A DNA stretch of 64,000 nucleotides from a virus. Taxonomy: Duplodnaviria > Heunggongvirae > Uroviricota > Caudoviricetes. The notes under the pieces are model-generated. The model saw only the letters and a program-made list of their open reading frames with translations. It searched no databases and had not been told where the DNA came from. A program made the translations under genes and the position numbers. The stretch lies in the IMG/VR virus record IMGVR_UViG_3300029488_000242; one strand, written 5' to 3'. Positions 42,247-51,955 of the stretch are shown piece after piece. Each line of letters begins with the position of its first letter. The first letter of the stretch is position 1.

Positions 42247-42849
42247 CTAAAATCCAAAAGCCTTTAACATCTTCTGAATATCTTCATGACTCAATTCATC
42301 ACTAGAATAATAAGAATAACTCACATAAGAGTCACCATCTGATCTACTGGCAGTAAATCCGTGAGTATTTACATCTTCATCTTCGGAAATATGTAAATAA
42401 GTTTCATTAGGACAATTACAGTCCTCACAATCACCATCGCAATCGCAATCATTATATTTATTGCCAATTTCCACTTCATAAACTTCATCAGCTTCAATCT
42501 TTGGAATAATCTTAGAATTGCAATCGTCAAAAATATATACAACATCAGCTTCAACAAAGATGTACTTATCATCTCTCTTAACAGGTTCACACCAAATATC
42601 GTCATCTAATAAGCTGATAACGAAAGAGTCGTCATAACCATCCCATTCAGGATTACCAAACTTATCAATAAATGCAATACCATATCCGATTCCAACGAGT
42701 TCACGAATAATCTCTTTTACATCTTCATATTTAGCAACAATATCTACTGAATTATATTCATCATCAGATTTTACTCTGTCATATGTATCTGAAACAGCAC
42801 AAGCAAAATCTTCATAATTTTCAAAATGTAATGTTTTTATAATAATCAC
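42247..42849 (-). CDS. acidic hypothetical protein
   Basis: 200 aa, D/E-rich, CDCDGDCEDCNC cluster. Confidence 0.65.
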   Translation of the reverse strand: MIIIKTLHFENYEDFACAVSDTYDRVKSDDEYNSVDIVAKYEDVKEIIRELVGIGYGIAFIDKFGNPEWDGYDDSFVISLLDDDIWCEPVKRDDKYIFVEADVVYIFDDCNSKIIPKIEADEVYEVEIGNKYNDCDCDGDCEDCNCPNETYLHISEDEDVNTHGFTASRSDGDSYVSYSYYSSDELSHEDIQKMLKAFGF

Positions 42850-42860
42850 GACCTTTCAGA

Positions 42861-43145
42861 TTAGAGCTGTTTTGCAGACTTTGACATCTTAAAGCAAATC
42901 TCATCATGCTGTGGAGTTACATACTCCTCACCCTTGCGATCGCCCATCATAATTTTTCCTCTACGCTCTGGAACTGTCTTAACCTTAAACTTACCAAGTT
43001 TACCTACAGGAACAGATTCTGTAGTATCAGCTTTTAATGTATCTGTAATAACCTCTGCGTATGTATCAAGTATAAGAGCAATATCACCTTTCTTAGCTCC
43101 TTCAATTCTTTCTGCAATTGCATTAATTAATTCTGTTTTATTCAT
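42861..43145 (-). CDS. HU-family DNA-binding protein
   Basis: MNKTELINAIA...GKLGKFKVKTVPERRG. Confidence 0.9.
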   Translation of the reverse strand: MNKTELINAIAERIEGAKKGDIALILDTYAEVITDTLKADTTESVPVGKLGKFKVKTVPERRGKIMMGDRKGEEYVTPQHDEICFKMSKSAKQL

Positions 43146-43255
43146 AAATAAAAAATCTCCTTTTAATCAATAATATTTTGACACTTTTAATGATAAGTGC
43201 CGATTTAATAATAAAAGAGGGTAGCAGCCAATTTGGTCTACTCCCTCAAAAAATC

Positions 43256-44293
43256 TTATTCAACCCAAAGCTGAACCTTATCAATATATCTACCAAAACA
43301 CCCAGCATAACCGTCCTGTCCATTTACAGTCTGATCATCTATCTGAACAGGGTAATATTCGTCCATACCCTGTGGCGATACCTGTATATATAGACACTTG
43401 TATTCATAACCATCAGGTGTATAGAATACTGCTTTTAATGCGTCAATAGGTGTTCTACCGTTACCTGCGTAACCATTTTCGTCATCATTGATGTCATAAC
43501 CATCAACTTCTGGAAGCCAATCGCCATTAAGTAAGTGAACTTGATATCTCACATAACCTTCACTAACGCCAATGGCAATACCTGTAATTGCCTGATCATC
43601 ATTGGCACCAGCCCAATCATCTCTATCATGAACTTCATCCCACCAACGATTTGTCTTAGCCCTATAGTAAACATCAACATGACCTAAATCATTAGTTCTA
43701 CCACCTGTAGTTTCATTATTATCCGAACAATCTTCACTTGAATCTTCTGATACTACTTCGCCTGTTAAAGCTTCGACTATAGCATTGGCACAAGCTTCAG
43801 CATTCCATCTGTTTGCATCATCTCTGTCATCCACGAAGCAACATTCAATTAAGATAGCAGGGGCTTTTGTGTTTCTAAGAACATAAAGTCCTGGATTGGT
43901 TTTAAATCCTCTGTTTCTTATATCAAGCTTCTTGGATATTGCCTGACATATCTTTGAACCTATTTCCTCTGTTTCGTCATCATATCCATACACTTCTGTA
44001 CCGCCAGTAGAATCATCACCTTCGTAATCATCTCTACCAGAGTTAAGGTGTATAGATATATCTAAATCAACATTATGTGAATTACACTTGCCAACAATTG
44101 TTGCTAAACAACCATTCTGCGATGTATTTTCATCACAAGTGCAATCGTAAACAGTATGTCCAAGGTTTTCTAATTTGGCAATTACAGCATTCTTAACAAT
44201 TCTATCTTCAACAGACTCCTGTAAAATACCAACCGCACCATAAGCACCCTCATCCTGCGGACAGTGACCTGCATGTACATTATATGTAGACAT
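43256..44293 (-). CDS. N-acetylmuramoyl-L-alanine amidase (Amidase_3 endolysin)
   Basis: HAGH, E, SIHLNS, PAILIECCFVD motifs plus C-terminal putative cell-wall-binding domain. Confidence 0.9.
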   Translation of the reverse strand: MSTYNVHAGHCPQDEGAYGAVGILQESVEDRIVKNAVIAKLENLGHTVYDCTCDENTSQNGCLATIVGKCNSHNVDLDISIHLNSGRDDYEGDDSTGGTEVYGYDDETEEIGSKICQAISKKLDIRNRGFKTNPGLYVLRNTKAPAILIECCFVDDRDDANRWNAEACANAIVEALTGEVVSEDSSEDCSDNNETTGGRTNDLGHVDVYYRAKTNRWWDEVHDRDDWAGANDDQAITGIAIGVSEGYVRYQVHLLNGDWLPEVDGYDINDDENGYAGNGRTPIDALKAVFYTPDGYEYKCLYIQVSPQGMDEYYPVQIDDQTVNGQDGYAGCFGRYIDKVQLWVE

Positions 44294-44369
44294 TATATAT
44301 TCCTCCTATATAAAATAAATAAAAATAAAAGAGGGTAGTACAAACTATCCTCGTAAGAACAAAATATAA

Positions 44370-45605
44370 TTAACTAAGCTGAATGTCCTTTATCATTTCA
44401 ACTTCGTTATCTTTTAAAATTGCTATTGTTTGAGATGCTACACTACTACAATAAAAATTTTTGGAAAAATCATTAAATCCGCTTAAGCAGCCTGTAGATA
44501 TAGCATATCTACCATGATTTTCTGACTGAATGGAAAAATTGTGGAGATGTCCACTAAAGATTAAATCATAGAACTGATTATCACTAGAAATAATTTTTGC
44601 AAGATTATATCTATCATTTTTATATTTATCACCATGAATGAATTTACAAGATAAACCACAAACAGTAATATTTATTTCAGAATCATTATAGTTTGTATTT
44701 AATATAGAAATACGTTCACATCCACTTACATCAACCAAGTCTTTAATATGTTCAGTAATAAGCACATTTGCATTATCACCTTCATAATTTTTTCTCTTAT
44801 CACCTGACATGCGATCATGATTTCCAGTAATACCACCGAATATAACATTACAATCTTCAGCTAAAGCGACTAATAGTCTATATATGAGTTTAGTAGCCTT
44901 ATGTATCTGCATAGATTGTAAAAATTCACAATTATGTGCTTGTGTTTCTCTCATATATGAATTCTCAATCATATCACCTGTTGATATAACTAGAACCTGA
45001 CGGATATTATATAATTCAATATACTTCTTACATTCAGAAATATATTTGTTTATTCTTTCATTTGCAATTTCCCAATTAAAATTATTACCATTACAATTGT
45101 TGATTATATAACCAATATGCCAATCGGTAATATGACATATCATAGTATAATCAGATTCTTCTTCAACAGAAGAGTACATATATTTAGGAATTTCCATTGA
45201 GAAATTATTATCTTTCATATACTGTTTTAATTCGTCTGCAACTGTAATACAAGGAACTAAATCTCTTTTTAACTTATTGAGTTTCAATCTATCATTATGT
45301 ATTTGCTGTTTAACAATATATTGTTCACCTAATACTTCTTTAGCATCATCAAGAGTAGTACTTTTTTCTGTTATGTTTTTAGCTTTTAAATATTCTCTAA
45401 CAAAATAATTGCCAAATATGGTCTGACTAGCCTTTCTGACGCTATCATAATGACATTTTATATCATATTTATCCACTATTTCTTTCCAATCTATATCTGA
45501 TATTCCAGACATTTTATTAGAAATTTCTTGTAAAACCTGTTCATAAGTTGATTGGGTTAGCCCATATTTTTTTAATTCTTCTTCGAAATTATAAATATAG
45601 TTCAC
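44370..45605 (-). CDS. calcineurin-like metallophosphoesterase (SPbeta YonJ-like)
   Basis: DWH, GD, GNHD, HGD, GHLH motifs. Confidence 0.8.
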   Translation of the reverse strand: MNYIYNFEEELKKYGLTQSTYEQVLQEISNKMSGISDIDWKEIVDKYDIKCHYDSVRKASQTIFGNYFVREYLKAKNITEKSTTLDDAKEVLGEQYIVKQQIHNDRLKLNKLKRDLVPCITVADELKQYMKDNNFSMEIPKYMYSSVEEESDYTMICHITDWHIGYIINNCNGNNFNWEIANERINKYISECKKYIELYNIRQVLVISTGDMIENSYMRETQAHNCEFLQSMQIHKATKLIYRLLVALAEDCNVIFGGITGNHDRMSGDKRKNYEGDNANVLITEHIKDLVDVSGCERISILNTNYNDSEINITVCGLSCKFIHGDKYKNDRYNLAKIISSDNQFYDLIFSGHLHNFSIQSENHGRYAISTGCLSGFNDFSKNFYCSSVASQTIAILKDNEVEMIKDIQLS

Positions 45606-45612
45606 CTACTCT

Positions 45613-45819
45613 CTATTCTTCATTAGATTCAACAGGTTCATCGAGTTCACTTTCCTCTTTTACCTTCACATTTATTTCAACACTACCACCATTAAATACT
45701 GATAGAAGAGTAGCAAGTTTCTTTTCTCCACCATCTACTTCAACAGTCATATTATCTGTGTCAATGATACCTGCAATCTTCATTGCGGTTGTCTCGGTAC
45801 GTTTATAAACAAAATTCAT
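45613..45819 (-). CDS. YonK-like small protein
   Basis: 68 aa upstream of the YonJ-like gene; FNGGSVEINVK. Confidence 0.55.
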   Translation of the reverse strand: MNFVYKRTETTAMKIAGIIDTDNMTVEVDGGEKKLATLLSVFNGGSVEINVKVKEESELDEPVESNEE

Positions 45820-46712
45820 AAATTTAGCTCCTTTTTTAATATTTCTTCTATATTTTCATAATCCCAATACCAAATTTCCAACAATTGAATATTATGTTTT
45901 TTGGCATACTTACGTTTTCGCATATCATGTTCTTGTTGAATTTGATATTTCTTTTTACTTTGTATTCTTGCTTTGCCGTCATGGAATTCACCTTGATATT
46001 CAATTAAAAGATTATATTGAGGCAAATAAAAATCATATGATAATAAGCCGTTATTAACACCTAACAAATTGTCATAATTCTGTTGTGGTATATAATCTAT
46101 ATTGTTATTATAAAGCAATTGTCTAATTTTTTGTTCGCCTTTTGATTCATTACAAAATGGGCATCTTTGACCACGCAAAAAATTATTTGCAATCATTTTA
46201 AAAGAATTATTACATTTTTTATGTAGAAATAGAATTTTATTAGAAGATTTTGTATATTCCGACAAAACTTTGTAATCTTCTCCATACGGACAAGTATTTA
46301 CTTTTTCAATAAATTCTTCAGTTGTATAATGATATGTTTTTTTACATACAGGACAACCATGCCCATGTAATATACTTGAAGCGATTGGACTCCATTTATA
46401 TCCACATATTCTACAATGAACATCTATTGGATTTAACGCACCTGTATATGTGCCATCTACTATTATATCTTCGTTATCAAATTCTCTTTTAAATTGAGCA
46501 TCAGTTTTTCCTCTTGCTTGTCTTATTGCACAAGGTTTATGAATGCGTCCCATTAGTAAATATGATGGAGTGGTTTCAAAAGTTTGTCCACATATTTTAC
46601 ACATACATAGTATTTTATTTTTTGAACCAGTATAAGACCCTAATATTTCCACTGGCATATTTAATTTTGAATATTCTTCAATAAATTCTTCATGTGTTTT
46701 CTTTTTAGGCAT
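45816..46712 (-). CDS. free-standing endonuclease: repeated Zn-finger units plus Vsr/PD-(D/E)xK-like domain
   Basis: MPKKKTHEEF, three C/HxxC...CPxC-type units, ESKGE, YDFYLP..LIEYQGEFH. Confidence 0.75.
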   Translation of the reverse strand: MPKKKTHEEFIEEYSKLNMPVEILGSYTGSKNKILCMCKICGQTFETTPSYLLMGRIHKPCAIRQARGKTDAQFKREFDNEDIIVDGTYTGALNPIDVHCRICGYKWSPIASSILHGHGCPVCKKTYHYTTEEFIEKVNTCPYGEDYKVLSEYTKSSNKILFLHKKCNNSFKMIANNFLRGQRCPFCNESKGEQKIRQLLYNNNIDYIPQQNYDNLLGVNNGLLSYDFYLPQYNLLIEYQGEFHDGKARIQSKKKYQIQQEHDMRKRKYAKKHNIQLLEIWYWDYENIEEILKKELNL

Positions 46713-46739
46713 TTTGTAACATCTCCTTCGTAACATAAT

Positions 46740-46955
46740 TTAAAAAATTAGATATGTCTCTTTATCTATCCTCCAATTTCCTAAATTTTTATTAAGCAAC
46801 TCATTTTTCTCAAATAAAAATACCAAAAATCCTTTTGACTTCTGGTCTGTATCTATTCTTTTAAGTTGTGAGCCATTGTCAATAAGGTAATTTGCTAATC
46901 GTTTGCTTTTGCATACAAACAAAATATTTTCCTCCATAAAATTAAAAATTCCCAC
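46740..46955 (-). CDS. hypothetical protein
   Basis: 71 aa; LANYL...VFLFE. Confidence 0.55.
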   Translation of the reverse strand: MGIFNFMEENILFVCKSKRLANYLIDNGSQLKRIDTDQKSKGFLVFLFEKNELLNKNLGNWRIDKETYLIF

Positions 46956-47262
46956 CAGAACGCTTTCTGCCAGGATTGTAATACATTTGTTTACTTTTAT
47001 TCTGCTTTACTTTAATATACTCACGAATCTTCCTAATATAATTTTCATCATAGCTTAATCTAGCATGTGATTCTAAATAATAACATCCACAACGAGTAGG
47101 AATTTTATTTGATAATACATTATTTATGAGCCTATATGATGGATTAAGATTCGAGAGATGGGTATGCTTTTCTGTATCTTCTTGTCTACAGATACGATAG
47201 CCGTTTTCAGTCTTGTCAATATAAAAATCTTTATATTCTATTCGATTTTTCATAGCCAGCAC
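46942..47262 (-). CDS. hypothetical protein
   Basis: 106 aa ORF. Confidence 0.6.
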   Translation of the reverse strand: MLAMKNRIEYKDFYIDKTENGYRICRQEDTEKHTHLSNLNPSYRLINNVLSNKIPTRCGCYYLESHARLSYDENYIRKIREYIKVKQNKSKQMYYNPGRKRSGGNF

Positions 47263-47418
47263 CTACTTGACGAATTTATCTTCGATGTAACGCTTTCCAC
47301 TACAAGTCTTGTAATAACCTATGTGTTCGCCTCTACGATCTACATATCCTCGTCTTGTGTTTCTGATTACACCTTCAGATAATAATTTTTCAATTTCACT
47401 TTTAGAAATCTGTTTAAT
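47263..47418 (-). CDS. small hypothetical protein, ~51 aa
   Basis: IKQISKSEIEKLLSEGVIRN...; AAAGGA RBS with ATT (or nearby GTG) start. Confidence 0.5.
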   Translation of the reverse strand: MKQISKSEIEKLLSEGVIRNTRRGYVDRRGEHIGYYKTCSGKRYIEDKFVK

Positions 47419-47463
47419 AATTTTCACATCCTTTGATTTATTTCCTACAAAGTAGGATAGTAG

Positions 47464-47538
47464 TTGGAAATGTAGGATTTGAACCTGCGACCTCTTGATC
47501 CCAAATCAAGCGTTCTAGCCAAGCTGAACTAATTCCCA
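47464..47538 (-). tRNA. trnP: tRNA-Pro(TGG)
   Basis: CTTGA-TTTGGGA-TCAAG; cloverleaf. Confidence 0.8.
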
Positions 47539-47541
47539 AAA

Positions 47542-47571
47542 TAAAAAATCCCATACCGAAGTATGAGATCC
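47542..47571 (-). terminator. intrinsic terminator at 3' end of the large ncRNA
   Basis: GATCTCATAC-TTCG-GTATGGGATTTTTT. Confidence 0.65.
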
Positions 47572-47574
47572 TTA

Positions 47575-48410
47575 CTTAATATGAGCTGAGATATTTGACT
47601 CAATACACTAACATCTACTGTGGTTGGACACAGTTTATCACACAAGCGATTAACTTGTAGTTAGCAACAACACCGATTTTGACATAATCGGCAAACTCTT
47701 ACCACAAAGTATTATAGATTTTCTTTCTGCACATTCTTCCTTGCGAGATTCATAGGTTGCAGCCTATTAGAGTTGTACGTACTTGTACTTTCTCATATAG
47801 TACCTTGCGAGTGCTATATGTCACCATATTACAGATGAATAAGTTGTTTGTCTCTTTGCGGTTATACACACTTTTGCTTGTTCTTTTCTATCAGTAAATC
47901 AAATAATATTTTTATTATTAAGGAATTCTGTTCATTCACCAAAAGTATGTACTTACAAATGGACGATGAGGTGTATATTTGACCATCAGTACCTTTTGAG
48001 TACCGCCCAATCATCACCATCCTGCTCGGATTGCGATCTCCTTGCTTTTTGATTCCATCCCTGTTTTTCAACTTAAGAGATATTATCAAAATCCTATCAA
48101 CAGTTATACTTGCGGTATTCCCGTCAATAGTACACAAATCATCCCCACATTTCTGTGTTAATACAGTGCCTATTTCGAGACACCCACCAAATCAATTTGT
48201 TTAAGAATCTCATGCAATGCAATTGATTACATAAACTCATAAATAGTCATTATCAGTTGACCTCTGACCTTAGATATGGCGTAGATTTTATGTGTTTTCC
48301 GTTAAACTGTATTATACAGTCGCAGCCTTATAATACGATAAGAACCACTTTATACGTGTCGCCACGCTTATTTTAAGATTCAACATCCTCCGATCCGAAA
48401 CCGACCAGTC
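47575..48410 (-). ncRNA. large ornate ncRNA, ROOL/GOLLD-like
   Basis: ~840 nt between two tRNAs, many GCAA-capped hairpins, a long-range 12-bp helix, terminator at 3' end. Confidence 0.6.
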
Positions 48411-48427
48411 CTATAAAAATAGGATAA

Positions 48428-48499
48428 CTCCCACAACAGGATTCGAACCTGTAACTTACGAATTAACAGTTCGTTGCTCTACCATTGAACTATATGGGA
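48428..48499 (-). tRNA. trnN: tRNA-Asn(GTT)
   Basis: ACGAA-CTGTTAA-TTCGT; cloverleaf. Confidence 0.85.
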
Positions 48500-48628
48500 A
48501 GAGTATCAGTGATTACACGATTTTTTAAATAATGCAACCACCGATATAAGAAAGAGAGGTTAATTTATAAAATAAACTTTTAATATTATGTAATGCCACA
48601 TAGGGCAGGATATTAAGAAAAGCTGATT

Positions 48629-48949
48629 TCATTCTAAATTATTATGTAATTCTTTTACAGAATCCTTAAAATTTCTGCTAAAGTCAGCAGATAAAAATAA
48701 CATATCGTGATTATTTATATAACCTTTTAAATTAGACTGAGCTTGCTCAAATGGTATAAATCTTGAAGTTACCTTTAGTCCTGGAAATAATTTTATTTCT
48801 ACATAATTATTCCTATCACCAAACTTATCCTTTACCACACTACCCAACGAATTCAAAATAAGCGTAACGTCACGTATAGAGCAACCAGTTTCTTCACAAA
48901 TGTTATTTATTATATCTTTTTGATTATAATATTTTTTTTCTTCTTGTAT
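48629..48949 (-). CDS. divergent second HU/IHF-like protein
   Basis: ATA start 7 nt after AAAGGAGG: IQEEKKYYNQKDIINNICEETGCSIRDVTLILNSL...EIKLFPGLKV. Confidence 0.5.
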   Translation of the reverse strand: MQEEKKYYNQKDIINNICEETGCSIRDVTLILNSLGSVVKDKFGDRNNYVEIKLFPGLKVTSRFIPFEQAQSNLKGYINNHDMLFLSADFSRNFKDSVKELHNNLE

Positions 48950-49081
48950 TGCAATTCCTCCTTTGCTATAATAGCAGACATAGAATTTTACAATAGAGTA
49001 GGGCAGTAATTAAAAAATAATAGATAGAAAACTACCCTCTCCTATGTAAAATAAAAATATGCAGTACAGCTAGAGCCGTAA

Positions 49082-51955
49082 TTAGCTGTCGATTTCGCAT
49101 TTTGCCTGTTTTTTTGTAATTTTGAAGCCAATATCAAACAATTTAACATCAGCACCATTTTCTTCTAATTGGGAAATTTCATGTTTCGACTGGATAATAG
49201 CTTTATTGAAACTATCATTGCCACAGAGATACATAATTTCTAATAAAAGATTTTTGATTTGAGAATTCTCTTTATCTTCAAGAGAAGAGAGCAGACGATA
49301 TAATGTAGAAAATCCAATTGTTTCATCTTCAATGTCGGAAATAAGGTCTTCTCTTAATTTATTCGCTTTTTCATTTTTATCTTCTTTTGTATCTGAGTCA
49401 GAAGCGTAAATATTTTTTCTTTCATTTATATATCTTTTTAAAATACTATAAATTTTATTTATTTGTTTTTGATTTACACGATTTGTTCTAAATAAAGAGT
49501 TATCTAATATAGATACAAATGGTAGCCAATCCTTTTTATATGGATTCTTAATTTTGAATCCATTAATAATGGTCTGTAAATAGTCCATTGAAGTGTGACA
49601 TTTACAATAATGTTTCTTATCAGGATTGTAATATCCTTTTTGTTTAGAGATATGAGAGAAGAAGTGTGGCATACGTTTCTTACCTCTTACTAATTCGCCT
49701 TCTTCATTCTCTTCATACTCACGCAAAAGTTCATCATACTTTTCACGTAGTTTATCTAACTCTTTACCGTTGTTGATAATAAATTCTTTCTTTGCCTTAT
49801 CAATTTCAATTCCAGACATTACATCTAATTGACATATATCATAATATAACTCCTTAATATCATTATAAGTAGCACCATGATACATCTTATCCCAAAGTAA
49901 AGAATTTAATTCCTGAGATAGATTAACAATCTCACCGATTTTATTTACAGATGTTTTAATGTCAAGATCTGCTTGCTGTTCTGGTGTATAATATCTTTTT
50001 TTCTTTGTAGAATCAACATTCGCAGTTGGTGTTTTAAACAACTGATAATTTCTTTTAGCTGCACGAATGAGCTTTTCATTATCTGTCAACATTACTGTAT
50101 CACTATCGAAGTCAGCACCCGATAACCTCTGCAATACATTTTCTCCAATAGAATTAATACACACAATCTCATTTGTAAGATTAAGATAACAATCTATCAA
50201 TTTATTCTCCGTATTATATGGAAGCCAAATGTTTCCGATTGTAACATGAGGTGAACGACTGGCAAGAAGAGTTTTATTATATTCAAAGCGTGTACTATGT
50301 ATATTACCAATTCCAATTTGACTTTTTCCTTCAAACTTACCAATTGATTGCTGTAACATCTCTATTGGATTACCAAGAAGAGTAGAGTAGTTACCATTTA
50401 CATAGATATGCCCATTTTTGAGATTTTTGTAATATGATGCCAATAAATCATGTAAAAAGTCTTGATAATATTTAGTTTTAGTAAAATTATCATTTACACA
50501 CATTAAATTATAAACCACATCATTCTTGCTACTCATAGGTTTATCCATAGGTGACATTTCATCAATATCAGGATATTTAATGTAATAACGTACAACTTCT
50601 GGTCTATCTCTAAGCATTTGTGCAAAGTCAAGCGATTCCTGCAAAAATTCTCTTACTTCATCTTTGGACATCTGAAGGGTATTGAGCAACTGATAATGAG
50701 TCTGTACTAAGCGACCTCCAAAGAAATGAGTTTTCTTATCATGCTTTACAACACCAAAATCAGGATATAAGTGGTTAAGCCATTCATCCCATGTACTAAA
50801 TTTCAAATATTTAATACTGTTAGGTGTGGTAATTAACTTTACATCTTCAATTCGTGTAGCTCTTGTTTTACCATTAAGCTGAGACACATCCGTTATATTA
50901 TTATCTTTGAACCATTGTTGGATATTACAGTTGAAACAACAAGATTTGAACATTAGATTTCTAAGTAGAAGCATACCATATTCTGAATAATCACCAAATA
51001 GAGATATATCCATAAGAGACTGACCATCCCAAATTGTATTTGTAATTTCACAATTCTTTTCAGTAGTTTTAAGCCATCCGTCTTCATCATGAGTCTCGAT
51101 TACGTCCTCATTAAACACGCTGTCATAATCATCAATTAAAAGAATATTTTCTGGTTTAATTGGAATGGTATCAATAATGCTACTAGATGGGAGAGCAATA
51201 TATCCCTCATATGCAGCTAAATCAATCGGATCTCCTTGGTTATATTTAAGACCACCTGAACTGAATTTTATAATCGGTTCATATAAATCTTCTCTGATAA
51301 AAAGACATTTACCAACTCTTGCAGAGCCAGTAGAACGTTTCATACGACAATATTTAATACCATTACATATAAATCCATCTTTATACAACTCAGTTCTAAG
51401 TTCTGCATTTGTCTTTATAGTCTTCGGTTCACCTTTTTTATGGTATTGAGTTTGAATCTCTTTAATAACAGTTTTATCCTTTTTATCATAGATATTTACC
51501 TGCTTTTTAACAAATGGCTTTGGTATATCAGTTGGGTTTTCAATTTTTTCATTCGTCTTAATTCCAACAATTTCACCTTCGCTATTTTTAGCAATACCAT
51601 CTTTAAAAGACAGATTTCTATAATCATATCCAAGCCTGACAAAAGTATTTTTGTTCATCTGATTCCATTCTTTTACAGAATACTTAAACGTGAGATTAAT
51701 TACATTTACAGAATAATCATGTTTTTTAATTCTAAATGAAAAATCATGTTTTCTGAATTTTCTATAATAAATATCCTTTAACTCTATAAGGTCTAAGCTA
51801 TAATCAAGTGTATTGATAAATTTTCGTAAATTATACTGTCCATCTTTGAGCTTTAAATTATATCCTTCTGGATTTTCCTCAATGTAATGTGCTGATAAAT
51901 AAATATCTTTTGCATCAATAGAGGGAATATATATATTATTGTTTGTCATCAGCAT
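49082..51955 (-). CDS. yonO: YonO-type single-subunit RNA polymerase (two-barrel, RdRP-like)
   Basis: 957 aa; RSTGSARVGK, WDGQSL, SRSPH, LSGADFDSD metal-binding loop, IDKAKK. Confidence 0.85.
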   Translation of the reverse strand: MLMTNNNIYIPSIDAKDIYLSAHYIEENPEGYNLKLKDGQYNLRKFINTLDYSLDLIELKDIYYRKFRKHDFSFRIKKHDYSVNVINLTFKYSVKEWNQMNKNTFVRLGYDYRNLSFKDGIAKNSEGEIVGIKTNEKIENPTDIPKPFVKKQVNIYDKKDKTVIKEIQTQYHKKGEPKTIKTNAELRTELYKDGFICNGIKYCRMKRSTGSARVGKCLFIREDLYEPIIKFSSGGLKYNQGDPIDLAAYEGYIALPSSSIIDTIPIKPENILLIDDYDSVFNEDVIETHDEDGWLKTTEKNCEITNTIWDGQSLMDISLFGDYSEYGMLLLRNLMFKSCCFNCNIQQWFKDNNITDVSQLNGKTRATRIEDVKLITTPNSIKYLKFSTWDEWLNHLYPDFGVVKHDKKTHFFGGRLVQTHYQLLNTLQMSKDEVREFLQESLDFAQMLRDRPEVVRYYIKYPDIDEMSPMDKPMSSKNDVVYNLMCVNDNFTKTKYYQDFLHDLLASYYKNLKNGHIYVNGNYSTLLGNPIEMLQQSIGKFEGKSQIGIGNIHSTRFEYNKTLLASRSPHVTIGNIWLPYNTENKLIDCYLNLTNEIVCINSIGENVLQRLSGADFDSDTVMLTDNEKLIRAAKRNYQLFKTPTANVDSTKKKRYYTPEQQADLDIKTSVNKIGEIVNLSQELNSLLWDKMYHGATYNDIKELYYDICQLDVMSGIEIDKAKKEFIINNGKELDKLREKYDELLREYEENEEGELVRGKKRMPHFFSHISKQKGYYNPDKKHYCKCHTSMDYLQTIINGFKIKNPYKKDWLPFVSILDNSLFRTNRVNQKQINKIYSILKRYINERKNIYASDSDTKEDKNEKANKLREDLISDIEDETIGFSTLYRLLSSLEDKENSQIKNLLLEIMYLCGNDSFNKAIIQSKHEISQLEENGADVKLFDIGFKITKKQAKCEIDS

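Noticed and set aside
47862..48137. 91-aa ORF within the large ncRNA
   Set aside because: No recognisable domain or convincing start; region better explained by RNA structure
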